A DNA stretch of 55,417 bases, taken from contig JAHQVL010000074.1 in NCBI GenBank assembly GCA_019634345.1, forward strand, positions 1-55,417, written 5' to 3'. Within the stretch, counting starts at the first letter, position 1. Every line of letters starts with the position of its first letter. Made by a program: the position numbers and the translations under genes. Below, piece after piece: positions 8,675 to 19,653 of this stretch. This DNA is from Rhodothermaceae bacterium (GTDB taxonomy: Bacteria; Bacteroidota; Rhodothermia; Rhodothermales; JAHQVL01). The notes beneath the pieces were generated by a model. That model ran no database searches and had not been told where the DNA came from. It worked only from the letters and a program-made list of their open reading frames with translations.

Positions 8675-8848
8675 CTATTGTGTTTCGGCTAGTGTTTCGA
8701 TGAGCGAGCGTTCGTATTAGTAAACGAAATAAAGAGATAAAAGGGTGTGGCAATCCTGTAAAAGAATTGAAACGATCCTGTTTCTCAGTGTCATCGAAGA
8801 AGAACCATTATACTGGATTGGAGGAGAAGAACCGGGATACAAAGAATT

Positions 8849-9292
8849 CTAATTTAGTACGCCTTTCTTTTTTGCATTGGATGAGAACCAGACGAGGTAG
8901 GCGCCAATGGTTACAATCAGTAGAGGAAGTATTGCCGCCGTTGGGCCCAACACTTCTAGAGCCGAAGACATGAAGAGGTTATATCCTGCTTGGATTGCAA
9001 TAGCTACAAGGGAAACGATAAATACAGGATAAGCGAGAGATTTTTGCATAAGAAGGAGCACACAGCCAAGTAATCCACCAAATACGGCAATGGCAAAAGC
9101 AGAAGTTACAAGGGTAGGGACGTTTGTATACAATGCTTGCTCTGCTTCAGGCAAAGCAGCCAATGCCGCTTCGCTCATGGTTACGTTCATAATGTAGGAT
9201 GAAACGCCTATGAGATTCCAAAGTAGTGCGACAACGCTTATGATCCAAAATGAACGTGAGACGGTTGATTGGGTTGCAGTTAGTTCGGTCAT
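8849..9292 (-). CDS. Four-TM hypothetical membrane protein
   Basis: FWIISVVALLWNLIG start; four hydrophobic segments; basic C-terminus AKKKGVL. Confidence 0.8.
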   Translation of the reverse strand: MTELTATQSTVSRSFWIISVVALLWNLIGVSSYIMNVTMSEAALAALPEAEQALYTNVPTLVTSAFAIAVFGGLLGCVLLLMQKSLAYPVFIVSLVAIAIQAGYNLFMSSALEVLGPTAAILPLLIVTIGAYLVWFSSNAKKKGVLN

Positions 9293-9376
9293 GGTACTTT
9301 AACTGTGTTGTTCATATCGATTGGTGACCATGAAGTATACGAATTCCCTGTGACATCCTACTGGCACCACCTATAG

Positions 9377-9406
9377 AAAAAAGAGACGCCCTGAATAAGG
9401 CGTCTC
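9377..9406 (-). terminator. Intrinsic terminator of lon
   Basis: GAGACGCC/GGCGTCTC stem followed by a U-run on the minus strand (A6 at 9377-9382). Confidence 0.75.
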
Positions 9407-9444
9407 CTTAATTGTGTACGTACTCTGAAGAAGTAGAGGCGATG

Positions 9445-11964
9445 TTAGTCAGTCACTACAGATTCTTCGTGTATCAATGTACCGTTGCTAGCTGCTTTAT
9501 CTTTTTCAGGCCGTTCATTTTCTGGAACAGCGAAGAACTCTTCTACATCGGCCATTGCTTCATCTAACAGGACTTGATCCAGGACCTCACTCATTCGCTT
9601 GACATACTGGACATCTAGGCCTTGGAGAACATCTGGATCAATCTCCTCAATGTCTTTCCTGTTCTTCTCTGGAAGTAGTACGAGTTCAATACCTGCGCGT
9701 TTTGCCGCAAGTACTTTCTCTTTGATTCCTCCAACGGGTAAAACAAGTCCCCTAAGGGTGATCTCACCCGTCATCGCAAGCGTGTGTTTGACGCGGCGTT
9801 GAGTATAGATTGAGACCAGGGCAGAGAGCAATGTCACACCAGCTGAAGGGCCATCTTTGGGGATTGATCCTGCAGGAATGTGAACGTGTACGTCCCAGTA
9901 TTTAAAGGCATCGTATGGAATACCAAGGGTTTTGTAATGTGACTTTACATAAGAGAATGCTGCCTGTGCAGACTCTTTCATGACGTCACCGAGTTGACCC
10001 GTTAAAATCAGCCGGCCGGTTCCCCGGAGTACAGACGCTTCGATAAATAGGATGTCTCCACCAACAGGTGTCCAGGCCAGTCCAGTGGCAACGCCAGGTA
10101 CTTCCGTGCGTTCGGCGGTATCTGAGAAGTAGCGCCTTGCATTGAGGTATTCCTTTATGTCGCCCTCAATGATGTCTGCAGATTCCAGCTCTGCAGTAGC
10201 CACTTTTTTGGCAACACCTCGTGCAACAGCACCAAGTGCTCTTTCTAATTGGCGAACACCGGATTCGCGGGTATATCCATCGATAATCAAGCTAATGGCG
10301 TCGTCTTCGATAGAAAACTGTTCTTCCTTCAACCCATTTTGCTCAACCTGGCGTGGTACAAGATATTGCTTGGCGATCGCCAGTTTTTCCTCCTGTGTAT
10401 ACCCGGTGATTTCGATCAATTCCATTCGATCCCTAAGAGGATTTGGAATCCGTTCCAGGAAATTCGCTGTGGCAATAAACAGAGTTTTGGACAGATCGTA
10501 GTCTAGTTCGAGGTAATGATCGTTAAAGGCATTGTTTTGCTCTGGGTCGAGTACTTCGAGCAATGCGGATGACGGATCACCTCGAAAGTCTGATCCCAGT
10601 TTATCCACTTCGTCCAGCATAATGACTGGATTTGAAGTACCTGCTTTTTTCAATGCCTTGATAATACGACCAGGGAGCGCGCCAACGTAGGTGCGCCGGT
10701 GCCCTCTGATTTCTGCTTCATCACGAACACCACCGAGACTCATGCGCACGAATTCCCTGCCTAGTGCACGAGCAATGCTTTTTCCGAGGCTCGTTTTACC
10801 GACTCCAGGAGGGCCATGGAAGCACAGGATAGGGGCCTTCATGTCACCTTTCAGCTTCAGTACAGCAAGGTATTCGAGGATGCGTTTTTTGACACGCTCA
10901 AGCCCATAGTGGTCCTCATCGAGGACAGATTCTGCACGCACGATATCAAGATCGTCCTCAGAATATTCTAACCACGGCAGGTCAAGAATCCAGTCGACAT
11001 AATTTCGTGTTACGGCATAATCAGGAGAAGCTGGGTTGGTTCTCCCTAATTTTTCCAGTTCTTTTTTGAGCGTTTCGCGGACATGGTCCGGCAGGCTCTT
11101 CTTGTTGGCCCTCTCTTTTAATTCACCTACTTCTGCTTCGCCTCCTTCTGCTTCACCAAGTTCTTCCTGGATTGTTTTCATTTGTTGACGAAGCAGATAC
11201 TCACGCTGCTGTTTGTCGACATCCGTTTTAACCTTGGATCGAATCTCCTCAGAAAGCTGGAGAACCTGCAATTCACGGTTTAGATGCTGCAAGACGAGTT
11301 CAGCTCGCTCAACGAGAGGGATCGTTTCGAGTAAACTTTGTTTTTCGTTTACCTCTATTTGCAGGTTTGAGGCAATAAAGTGAATAAGGAACGTAGGTGA
11401 TTCAATGTTTTGAATTGCGTACGCTGCTTCACTAGGGAGATTAGGAGACAGGTTGACGATCTGAATAGCCAGTTCCTTGATAGAGCGGATGAGTGCATCC
11501 AGTTCTATTTCATCCGTATCGTACTCTTCTTCAACGGCCTCCACCTCTGCAATAAAGTAGGGGTCATCTTGTATGTATTTCTTGGTCCGGAAGCGACGTT
11601 TGCCCTGGATGACGATGGACTTAGAGCCGTCCGGCATTTTGATCAATTTGAGTATGGAAGCAGCCGTGCCGTATTCAAATAAATCGTCGGGGGTTGGATC
11701 TTCTAATTCACTACTTTTTTGGGCGATGACACCTATCAACGAATCATCTCCAAACGCATCTTTAACCAACTTTAGTGATGCATCTCGCCCCACAGTTATA
11801 GGTAATACAACCCCAGGAAACAGGACTGTATTCCTGAGAGCAAGTATGGGTACAGCGTCCGGAATTTCGGACGTACTCATTTCCTTCTCCTCATCCGCAG
11901 TGGGTAACGGGATACTTTGCTCCGGGTCGTCGTCTATCATCAAGTATAAATTTTGATCGATCAT
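9445..11964 (-). CDS. lon: ATP-dependent protease La
   Basis: LON N-domain; Walker A GPPGVGKT; Walker B IMLDEVDK; catalytic PKDGPSAG and GGIKEK. Confidence 0.97.
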   Translation of the reverse strand: MIDQNLYLMIDDDPEQSIPLPTADEEKEMSTSEIPDAVPILALRNTVLFPGVVLPITVGRDASLKLVKDAFGDDSLIGVIAQKSSELEDPTPDDLFEYGTAASILKLIKMPDGSKSIVIQGKRRFRTKKYIQDDPYFIAEVEAVEEEYDTDEIELDALIRSIKELAIQIVNLSPNLPSEAAYAIQNIESPTFLIHFIASNLQIEVNEKQSLLETIPLVERAELVLQHLNRELQVLQLSEEIRSKVKTDVDKQQREYLLRQQMKTIQEELGEAEGGEAEVGELKERANKKSLPDHVRETLKKELEKLGRTNPASPDYAVTRNYVDWILDLPWLEYSEDDLDIVRAESVLDEDHYGLERVKKRILEYLAVLKLKGDMKAPILCFHGPPGVGKTSLGKSIARALGREFVRMSLGGVRDEAEIRGHRRTYVGALPGRIIKALKKAGTSNPVIMLDEVDKLGSDFRGDPSSALLEVLDPEQNNAFNDHYLELDYDLSKTLFIATANFLERIPNPLRDRMELIEITGYTQEEKLAIAKQYLVPRQVEQNGLKEEQFSIEDDAISLIIDGYTRESGVRQLERALGAVARGVAKKVATAELESADIIEGDIKEYLNARRYFSDTAERTEVPGVATGLAWTPVGGDILFIEASVLRGTGRLILTGQLGDVMKESAQAAFSYVKSHYKTLGIPYDAFKYWDVHVHIPAGSIPKDGPSAGVTLLSALVSIYTQRRVKHTLAMTGEITLRGLVLPVGGIKEKVLAAKRAGIELVLLPEKNRKDIEEIDPDVLQGLDVQYVKRMSEVLDQVLLDEAMADVEEFFAVPENERPEKDKAASNGTLIHEESVVTD

Positions 11965-12016
11965 ATGTTGTTTGGCCTACCTCAGGTAGTTGCTCAATAA
12001 TCAGCCTGTTTAATGG

Positions 12017-12112
12017 TACCAGCTGTTCTGCCAAAATGTATCACAAATATCACATAAAATGGCAATTTTGAAAAGTCAAAAACCAGGCCAAAGGGAATGG
12101 TATGACATTATG
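12017..12112 (-). promoter_or_regulatory. Possible sigma54-like promoter and TGnCA motif cluster upstream of lon
   Basis: Minus strand reads TTGGCAgaacagCTGGT (GG-N10-GG rather than the canonical GC). TGCCA/TGGCA inverted pair at 12029/12060. TGACAttaTGAC at 12103. Confidence 0.3.
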
Positions 12113-12167
12113 ACGGTAATGCAGTAATAGGTGTAATGTACGGGACGTATGGGTAAGAAATACGCGC

Positions 12168-13652
12168 TTAATTGACACACTGCCTGGTGAGAAGAAGATC
12201 ATCGATCACGCGCTGCAGGTCTTCAAGGAAAAACGGCTTCCCAATGATGGCATCTATCTCCTCCATTTGATATTCAAATTCTGTATCACCAGTTACAAGA
12301 ACAATGGGAAGATCAGGGTTTGTTTGCCTGATGGCTTGAGCAAGTTGATGGCCGTTCATTTCAGGCATTCCGTGATCTGTAAACACGATATCAACTTGTT
12401 TAGTTTTCAACTGATCCAACGCCTCATAACCAGAGGAAGCGACAGATACCGAGTGCCCTTTAGTTTTAAGTAAATTTGCCAAAATATTTCGAACACCGGG
12501 TTCATCATCCACTGCTAAAATAGTGACAGGTTTACTCTCTACACGCTTGTCCGAACTATTTTGGGGCGCCTCTTCGATGTCGGACGCATTGAAGGTAAGG
12601 ATAAATGTGGTGCCCTGTCCGATTTCTGACTCTACCTTCATCTTAGCGTCATGGTTTTGAATGATGCTCATACAAATAGAAAGCCCCATGCCCGTGCCAT
12701 GTTCACCCTTGGTGGTAAACATAGGTTCAAAGATCCGTTGTTTTACCCTGTCAGGCATTCCATTACCGGTGTCGATAACCTGGATGATAATCTGGCTATC
12801 TTTATTTATAGATCCTTTGATGGTCAATTGACCACCCCGCGGCATGGCCTGGACAGCGTTTGTGATGAGGTTAATGAAAACTTCCTTGAGTTCAACAGCT
12901 GATCCCCAAATCGGAGGCAATTCGTCGAATTGAGTGACTAAGTCGATCTCTATACCCGTGCGGCGTGGCTCATTATACCAATAGGGCTTCGTGAAGGAAA
13001 CACAATCTTCTATCAATTCAGCTAAGTCCAGCAACGCGAACGAAGACGTTTTTTCGTTTCTGATGTAGCTCTTGATGCTTTTTGTCATCGATGCGCCATC
13101 AAGAGCCGCTTTTCGAATAGTTTTAAGGATGGTTTTTAGTTCGACGTTTCCTTCGGGGAGCAGGTTGGAGAGTTTGATGATTTCAAGATTGCCCAAAACA
13201 TTGGTCAGCATGTTATTGACCTCGTGGATGAGTCCCAACGTCATCCGACCAATATTTTCAACCCGTATTCTCTGTGTTTGATTTAGGACCCAGCTTCCTG
13301 GCTCCACAAGGGCCTCGCCTGTAACTGTAATACATCGCTGGTGCTCTGATTGAGTGTTGGGGTAGGCAGTAGGAATAAAGTGGAGTAGGATGGGTAGGGG
13401 TTGATCTCGGTTTACTAACTGTACAAAAAAGACTTGATTGGTGACGAGCGTTCCTTTTGCTGCATCATTGAGATACTGGTTGGAAAGTTGTTGGTCGGAA
13501 GCTGACATACCCGACCATATGTCAGAGGAATTTCCGAAAACTGATTTCCAGGCGTTATTTCTCTCCTGAATGGCTAAATCGGGTCCAAAGCAAGCAACAA
13601 GTAGTTCTGTTCCTACGGGGAAAGGAGATTCGTGATTACTATCTAAATTCAT
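12168..13652 (-). CDS. Hybrid sensor histidine kinase/response regulator
   Basis: H-box HEVNN, N-box NLITNA, DTGNGM, FEPMFTTK and GTGMGL; receiver VDDE...TDHGMP...KPF. The N-terminus is a degenerate PAS-like region with no TM segment. Confidence 0.92.
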   Translation of the reverse strand: MNLDSNHESPFPVGTELLVACFGPDLAIQERNNAWKSVFGNSSDIWSGMSASDQQLSNQYLNDAAKGTLVTNQVFFVQLVNRDQPLPILLHFIPTAYPNTQSEHQRCITVTGEALVEPGSWVLNQTQRIRVENIGRMTLGLIHEVNNMLTNVLGNLEIIKLSNLLPEGNVELKTILKTIRKAALDGASMTKSIKSYIRNEKTSSFALLDLAELIEDCVSFTKPYWYNEPRRTGIEIDLVTQFDELPPIWGSAVELKEVFINLITNAVQAMPRGGQLTIKGSINKDSQIIIQVIDTGNGMPDRVKQRIFEPMFTTKGEHGTGMGLSICMSIIQNHDAKMKVESEIGQGTTFILTFNASDIEEAPQNSSDKRVESKPVTILAVDDEPGVRNILANLLKTKGHSVSVASSGYEALDQLKTKQVDIVFTDHGMPEMNGHQLAQAIRQTNPDLPIVLVTGDTEFEYQMEEIDAIIGKPFFLEDLQRVIDDLLLTRQCVN

Positions 13653-13902
13653 AGTAGGCCAAGAGTAGAGTTGAGAAGTGTGTAAAGGGGTATGAGGAGA
13701 AATGCGTAAGAACCATAGAGGGGCTCTTGGGGCTGTCGCTAAAAAGAGAAGTGTTGCACAAGCGACGTCTACAGGGCTCTCACTTTCTTAACCTGACATT
13801 GTTTCGTTGACAGGGAATTGTTGAAACCCACTTTAAATCCAGGGGTATGTACGCCTTCACTATCCTGTATGCACTTCCACTTAATTTGGTATCGACACTG
13901 CA

Positions 13903-15312
13903 ATGTGGCATGAAAATATTTTAGGTACTATCGGTAATACGCCCCTCGTTCGAATAAATAAATTAACCAAAGGCTTGCCCTGTACTGTGCTTGCTAAAGT
14001 TGAATTCTTTAATCCAGGTGCGTCGATCAAGGACCGCATTGGAGTGAGCATGGTAGAGCAGGCAGAAAAGGACGGGCTTCTAAAACCAGGTGGGACCATT
14101 ATAGAAGGTACCAGTGGAAATACAGGAGCAGGTCTTGCACTTGTGGCGATATCTAAGGGGTATCGATGTATCTTCACAACAACGGACAAGCAAAGCCAGG
14201 AAAAAATTGATGTTTTGCAGGCTCTTGGTGCAGAGGTAATTGTTTGCCCTACGAATGTGGAGCCGGATGATCCAAGGTCCTACTACTCGGTGGCCAAGAG
14301 ACTATCCGAAGAAATCCCCAACTCTTTTTATCCAAACCAGTACGATAATCTTGCGAATACTGAAGCGCATTACAAAACGACTGGCGTTGAGATTTGGCAA
14401 CAGACGGAAGGTAAGGTAACGCACTTCATTGCGGGCGCAGGGACTGGAGGTACAATATCAGGGACGTCTCGCTATTTGAAAGAGCAAAACCCGGATATTA
14501 AAGTTGTTGGTGTTGATCCCTATGGATCTGTTTATTACAAGTATTTTCATGCAAAAGAGTTTGATGCCGATGAAATTTACCCTTATCTGACGGAGGGCGT
14601 TGGTGAAGATATACTTGCAGGTAATATGGATTTTAATATTGTGGATGACTATGTCCGTGTAACTGACAAGGAATCCATGATTATGACACGTCGGCTAGCG
14701 CGGCAAGAGGGGATGTTTGTTGGGCAATCGTGTGGAATGGCAATGGCAGGTGCTATTCAGTGGTTAAAAGCCAATGAGAGTAACTTGAAGGAAAGCGATG
14801 TTGTTGTGGTTATTTTGCCTGACTCAGGATTCCGATACTTATCAAAAACCTACAACGATAAGTGGATGCAAACCAACGGGTTTGTAGAGAACACCTCGCG
14901 GATTAGTGTTAAGAATGTGATCGAACTGAGGCGGCGTACAAATGACGTAGTGTATGTAGCTCCCAGCGATTCGCTTGGGGATGCAATATCTGTAATGACG
15001 GACCACGGCATCTCGCAGGTACCGGTGTTGTCTGATGGCGAAGTAGTGGGAAGTTTAAATGAGTCTCGTATTTTGAATAGACTGATTGAGTCTCCAGAGT
15101 CTCGGGATGAAAAAGTAAAAGAGATGATGGGAGATCCCTTTCCCGTTGTAGCGGACTCTCTTCAGATCGACGAACTTACAGAGCAATTGGATCAGGTTTC
15201 CGGAGCTGTTTTGGTAAGAGACATGGAGAACCACGGATTCCAGATAATTACCCGAAGTGATCTTATTAGCGCATTGGCTAGTTTAGGCAGAACGGCGACT
15301 AACGAAAATTAA
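13903..15312 (+). CDS. cbs: Cystathionine beta-synthase (PLP domain plus C-terminal CBS pair)
   Basis: NPGASIKDR, EGTSGNTG and GAGTGGT motifs; C-terminal GISQVPV...IITRSD CBS domains. Confidence 0.88.
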   Translation: MWHENILGTIGNTPLVRINKLTKGLPCTVLAKVEFFNPGASIKDRIGVSMVEQAEKDGLLKPGGTIIEGTSGNTGAGLALVAISKGYRCIFTTTDKQSQEKIDVLQALGAEVIVCPTNVEPDDPRSYYSVAKRLSEEIPNSFYPNQYDNLANTEAHYKTTGVEIWQQTEGKVTHFIAGAGTGGTISGTSRYLKEQNPDIKVVGVDPYGSVYYKYFHAKEFDADEIYPYLTEGVGEDILAGNMDFNIVDDYVRVTDKESMIMTRRLARQEGMFVGQSCGMAMAGAIQWLKANESNLKESDVVVVILPDSGFRYLSKTYNDKWMQTNGFVENTSRISVKNVIELRRRTNDVVYVAPSDSLGDAISVMTDHGISQVPVLSDGEVVGSLNESRILNRLIESPESRDEKVKEMMGDPFPVVADSLQIDELTEQLDQVSGAVLVRDMENHGFQIITRSDLISALASLGRTATNEN

Positions 15313-15321
15313 TAGACCAGC

Positions 15322-15645
15322 ATGAATGATCAAGATTCCCCCAAAGGACAACAACAGCAGTTAAACATCGAGCTGTCTGAGGAAATTGCAGAAGGAGAGT
15401 ACGCTAATTTAGTAATGATTGCTCACTCTTCGGAAGAGTTCTTTTTGGACTTCATTCGTGTCGTTCCAGGAGTACCAAAAGCGAAGGTGAAAACTCGGGT
15501 CATTATCTCTCCTTCTCACGCAAAACGCTTGCTTGGGGCCTTGGCGGATAACGTAAAACGATATGAAGCGGCAAACGGGCCCGTGTCGACGCAAAATAAT
15601 CCGGGGCCGTCTATTCAGTTTGGCGGTCCAAGCGGGGAAGCCTAG
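15322..15645 (+). CDS. DUF3467 domain protein
   Basis: QLNIEL...AEGEYANL...HSSEEFFLDF...PKAKVKTRVIISPSHAKRL. Confidence 0.88.
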   Translation: MNDQDSPKGQQQQLNIELSEEIAEGEYANLVMIAHSSEEFFLDFIRVVPGVPKAKVKTRVIISPSHAKRLLGALADNVKRYEAANGPVSTQNNPGPSIQFGGPSGEA

Positions 15646-15671
15646 AGTATTAAGCCTACATCTAAAACTGA

Positions 15672-15707
15672 AAAAGCCTGGCTATTGAAGCCAGGCTTTT
15701 CCTTTTC
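15672..15707. terminator. Bidirectional intrinsic terminator between DUF3467 and csp
   Basis: AAAAGCCTGGCT-attga-AGCCAGGCTTTT between convergent genes. Confidence 0.8.
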
Positions 15708-15739
15708 TCAAGAGCGAGAAATTCTATCTATCATCGAAG

Positions 15740-15949
15740 TTAGCTCAAACGCTGTACATTTGTCGCACTTGGTCCTTTCGGAGTACGCTCAACTTCATAT
15801 TCTACTTCTTCTCCATCTCGCAATCCATCGTCCCAGCCTAGTCCATTTACATTGTTACGATGTACGAATACATCTTTGCTACCGTCTGCTGGTTCAATAA
15901 ATCCGAATCCTTTCTCGGCGTTGAACCACTTTACTTTACCTTGTGACAT
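15740..15949 (-). CDS. Cold-shock protein (CspA family)
   Basis: GKVKWFNAEKGFGFI and DVFVH RNP motifs. Confidence 0.96.
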   Translation of the reverse strand: MSQGKVKWFNAEKGFGFIEPADGSKDVFVHRNNVNGLGWDDGLRDGEEVEYEVERTPKGPSATNVQRLS

Positions 15950-16156
15950 TGTGTCGAATGTTTACTTTACTCACTGAACGCTTACTATACAGGATGTGCC
16001 TGAAAAATCCTGAGCCCCAGGGGTGCTGAAATGTAGTGTCAGCGAAGAGATCTTGAATCAGGTTGAGGCAATGAACCCTCAAAGTCGACGAAGGTTCATG
16101 CAAAATGCAAAATAGTTACATCTGTATCGAATAAAGTGGTAAAATGCACGATTTTT

Positions 16157-17242
16157 TTACTTGCGCGCTCGTATTAGCAAGAACATTCCTAAGGCAAAGA
16201 AGAGAACATGGGGCAGCCAGGCAGCCATTGAAGGGGGGATACTGTTCTCATAGCCAAAGGGCTCAACAACTTTGATTGTAGCGAGGTAAAGGAAAGAAAC
16301 GAGCAGCCCCAGACCTATTTGTATGGCCTGGCCACCTTTCCTTCGGACTGATGCTAGTGGAACGGCGATTAGAACGACAATTAGATTTGCAAAAGGGTAG
16401 GAGAACTTGTTGTAAAAGCCCACCTTTGTTCTGCCCGTATTATTGGCTCCTGAACGCCTAAGCGATTCAATAAACGACTCCGCTTCTGGGATGGTCATGG
16501 ATTCGACCTCGCGTTCAGTTCGGGCGAAGTCCGTTGGGAATACAGTTAAAGTGGTATCTAGATAGTCCTGATGTACAATTTGCGGCCAGGAGTCAGAGGG
16601 AAACGTTCTGGCTGTGACTACTTCCAGCCGCCATGTTTCTGTTGAGTCTACCCAAACCATACGATCTGCATCAATTCTCGCTCTCAAAAATTGGCCGTTT
16701 TCAAAATCTTGAATGGACACATTGTTGGCTACCTTACTAAACCGATCGTAATACCCTACTGCGATCACACTTCCCGGGCTGTTTTGCCGATGAACATCAT
16801 GTAGATCCAATTTGATTTGCTTCCCGCGCAAATACTTCTGCTCAAAATCAATGACTACCTTATTCGTTTTTGGGACAATGTATCCATTGAAATAAAAAAC
16901 AAATGAGGAAACGATAACTCCAACGAATAGAAAGGGAAGCATTATACGGTATAATGACACCCCACTTGTTTGTAGTGCTGCTATCTGAAGCTTCTGGGAT
17001 AGGCGGGACGTGAGATATACCGCAGAAAGAAATACGGCAAGCGGTGAAGTGAGACGAATGATTTCAGGGATGTAGTTGAGGTAATAGACTAGAAATACAT
17101 CCTTCATCGTTGCCCCGCGATCAAAAAAGTCGTCAATGTACTCCACATAATGTAGGACAATGAGGAACAGGATCAGGGCCAATGTTAAATAAACAATCCC
17201 CGTGAAGAACCTAATGATGATATGACGGTCTATGGTGGTCAA
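16157..17242 (-). CDS. LPS export ABC transporter permease, LptF/LptG family
   Basis: IDRHII start, ALQTSGVSLYRI motif, 3+3 TM layout with a periplasmic jellyroll, AAWLPH near the end. TTG start. Confidence 0.88.
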   Translation of the reverse strand: MTTIDRHIIIRFFTGIVYLTLALILFLIVLHYVEYIDDFFDRGATMKDVFLVYYLNYIPEIIRLTSPLAVFLSAVYLTSRLSQKLQIAALQTSGVSLYRIMLPFLFVGVIVSSFVFYFNGYIVPKTNKVVIDFEQKYLRGKQIKLDLHDVHRQNSPGSVIAVGYYDRFSKVANNVSIQDFENGQFLRARIDADRMVWVDSTETWRLEVVTARTFPSDSWPQIVHQDYLDTTLTVFPTDFARTEREVESMTIPEAESFIESLRRSGANNTGRTKVGFYNKFSYPFANLIVVLIAVPLASVRRKGGQAIQIGLGLLVSFLYLATIKVVEPFGYENSIPPSMAAWLPHVLFFALGMFLLIRARK

Positions 17243-17387
17243 AATTACAAAGTATTCATTGAGAATCGACGAAATGAAATAAACTAAACCTTCTATCTAA
17301 GGTTCTAGTGACTAATTTTAACATTCATTCTTTACAAGAGAGTTATACGACGTATTCCTAAGATCGGATCAATTCTAGAGAATATAT

Positions 17388-18563
17388 ATGAAACTGCACG
17401 AATATCAGGCAAAAGATTTATTACAAAGCTACGGGGTTGCGGTGCAACCTGGTTTGGTAGCATATACAGTTGATGAAGCTGTGGCAGTAGCTGAAAAGAT
17501 GCATGCAGAAAATGGCGTGGATCTGTTTGTTGTTAAAGCTCAAATTCATGCTGGGGGACGTGGCAAAGGAGGCGGCGTTAAATTGGCTCGTGGTATTGAC
17601 GAAGTACGAGAAAAAGCATCTGCTATCTTGGGTATGCAACTCGTTACTCACCAAACCGGGCCCGAAGGGCAAAAAGTTCGGGCTGTACTCATTGCTGAAG
17701 CAAGCGATATTGCAAAAGAATTCTATCTCGGTATAACACTCGATAGACAGGAAAATGCAAATGTTATCATGGCTTCGACGGAAGGCGGTGTAGATATCGA
17801 GACTGTAGCGGAAGAAACGCCTGACAAGATCAATAAAGTATGGATCGATCCTGGGTTGGGACTTCAAGGCTTCCAGGCAAGAGAAGTAGCGTTTGGACTT
17901 GGATTTGAAGGCAAGGCATTAAAACAAGCTACAAAGTTTGTTTCAGCACTTTATAAGGCATATGAGCAAGCAGATGCCTCTCTAGCAGAAATCAATCCAT
18001 TGGTATTGACCGATCAAGGAGATGTCATTGCAGTGGATGCAAAAATCACCCTGGACTCTAATGCAATGTACATGCATAAAGACCTGGCTGAGCTAAGAGA
18101 CATTCATGAAGAAGATCCTCTTGAGGTAGAAGCAGGCGAATTCGGACTTAACTACATCAAGCTTGATGGGAACGTCGGGTGCATGGTGAATGGTGCTGGG
18201 CTTGCAATGGCTACGATGGACATTATCAAGATTGCTGGGGGTGAACCTGCAAACTTCTTGGATGTGGGAGGTGGCGCGAGCGCGAAGACTGTTGAAGCTG
18301 GATTCCGTATTATCCTCAAAGATCCAAATGTAAAAGCCATTCTCATCAATATCTTTGGTGGAATTGTGCGATGTGATCGTGTTGCTAATGGGGTCGTAGA
18401 AGCGGCTAAAAAGGTAGAGATTAATGTGCCGTTGATTGTCCGTTTGCAAGGGACCAATGCTGCTGAAGGGCAAAAAATACTTGATGAAAGTGGATTGCCG
18501 ATCGAGACGGCTATCCTTCTGAAAGAAGCTGCTGAGAAAGTAACTCAGGCGTTGGCCGGGTAA
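17388..18563 (+). CDS. sucC: Succinate--CoA ligase beta subunit
   Basis: [35 protein letters not shown] and [10 protein letters not shown] motifs. Confidence 0.98.
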   Translation: MKLHEYQAKDLLQSYGVAVQPGLVAYTVDEAVAVAEKMHAENGVDLFVVKAQIHAGGRGKGGGVKLARGIDEVREKASAILGMQLVTHQTGPEGQKVRAVLIAEASDIAKEFYLGITLDRQENANVIMASTEGGVDIETVAEETPDKINKVWIDPGLGLQGFQAREVAFGLGFEGKALKQATKFVSALYKAYEQADASLAEINPLVLTDQGDVIAVDAKITLDSNAMYMHKDLAELRDIHEEDPLEVEAGEFGLNYIKLDGNVGCMVNGAGLAMATMDIIKIAGGEPANFLDVGGGASAKTVEAGFRIILKDPNVKAILINIFGGIVRCDRVANGVVEAAKKVEINVPLIVRLQGTNAAEGQKILDESGLPIETAILLKEAAEKVTQALAG

Positions 18564-18583
18564 CCCTCAAACCACAAGCCCCC

Positions 18584-19600
18584 ATGGATGCAGTTAATGA
18601 CGGCAATAAGGCTAGTGTACAGTTGAACGAGGTCACCAAGCGTTTTGGTGACCTCGTCGCTGTCAATAGTGTTAGTATCGAGATACAAGGCGGTGAATTC
18701 TTTTCTCTTCTCGGGCCTAGTGGCTGTGGAAAGACGACGCTTTTGCGTTCTATTGCTGGTTTTGAAACCATTGATTCAGGATCAATTTCGATAAACAAAG
18801 AAGAGATCACTCATTTATCTCCTCAGCAGCGGCCTACCGCGATGGTTTTTCAAAACTATGCGCTTTTTCCAACCATGACCGTAGAAGAGAATGTGTCCTA
18901 TGGGCTGCAAGTTAAAAAGGTCGCCAAAGATCAAATCAGACGTCGTGTCTCGGAGTCTCTCGAACGCGTTGACTTAGCAGGGATGGGACGCAAGCCTGTT
19001 ACACAACTTTCTGGCGGGCAGCAGCAGCGGGTGGCATTGGCACGGGCGATGGCTGTACGCCCCAATGTGTTATTGTTTGATGAGCCTCTTTCAAATCTGG
19101 ATGTAGCACTTCGCGAGCAAACTCGCCGCGAATTAAAATTGCTTCAAGACGAATTAAAGGTGACCAGTATCTATGTAACCCACGATCAGCAAGAAGCATT
19201 GGCTTTGTCCGATCGAATTGCTGTGATGAGGAGTGGAGCACTGCAGCAGGTAGGGACGCCTGAATCTCTTTATCGGTACCCTGAAACCGCGTTTGTCGCT
19301 CAGTTTCTTGGTGGTAGCAATATTATTAAAGATGAGAAGGTGGCACATGTGCTAACGAGAGGGGAAGAACGCCCGTCAGAAAAACATGTCCTTTCTGTTC
19401 GGCCCGAGCATCTTCGATTTTCCGGTGAAGGGGGCGTCGACATGGTTGTAAAGTCACGATTGTTTTTGGGCACATCCGTAGAGTGGTGGTTGCAAGCTGG
19501 GGGTCAGACGCTGAGGGCTTGGCTACCTTCTGAGGTTGAATATGGGGAAGGAGATACACTAATCGCAACAGAATTTCGTTGGGTTCTTGCGGATGATTAA
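18584..19600 (+). CDS. ABC transporter ATP-binding protein (PotA/FbpC-like)
   Basis: GPSGCGKT, LSGGQQQRVALARA, DEPLSNLD and VTHDQ motifs; short TOBE-like tail. Confidence 0.92.
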   Translation: MDAVNDGNKASVQLNEVTKRFGDLVAVNSVSIEIQGGEFFSLLGPSGCGKTTLLRSIAGFETIDSGSISINKEEITHLSPQQRPTAMVFQNYALFPTMTVEENVSYGLQVKKVAKDQIRRRVSESLERVDLAGMGRKPVTQLSGGQQQRVALARAMAVRPNVLLFDEPLSNLDVALREQTRRELKLLQDELKVTSIYVTHDQQEALALSDRIAVMRSGALQQVGTPESLYRYPETAFVAQFLGGSNIIKDEKVAHVLTRGEERPSEKHVLSVRPEHLRFSGEGGVDMVVKSRLFLGTSVEWWLQAGGQTLRAWLPSEVEYGEGDTLIATEFRWVLADD

Positions 19601-19653
19601 GAAAGGCCTTACCCTTATTATGCAATTCATTCATCAAAACTTGACAAAGACCC

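Noticed and set aside
9301-9356. ECF41-type promoter (TGTCACA on the minus strand) upstream of the 4-TM gene
   Set aside because: The spacing to the nearest -10-like GGTC is 19 nt, too long for the consensus.
9599-11956. Numerous antisense ORFs over lon, and likewise over other long genes
   Set aside because: They are shadows of well-supported genes and have no recognisable motifs.
15950-16156. RNA thermometer upstream of csp (overlapping TTGAGG/CCTCAA and ATGAACC/GGTTCAT dyads)
   Set aside because: The arms are only 6-7 bp and the TSS is unknown; this cannot be told from chance.
17388-18563. sucC without sucD as an anomaly
   Set aside because: Split sucC and sucD is common in Bacteroidota-related genomes.
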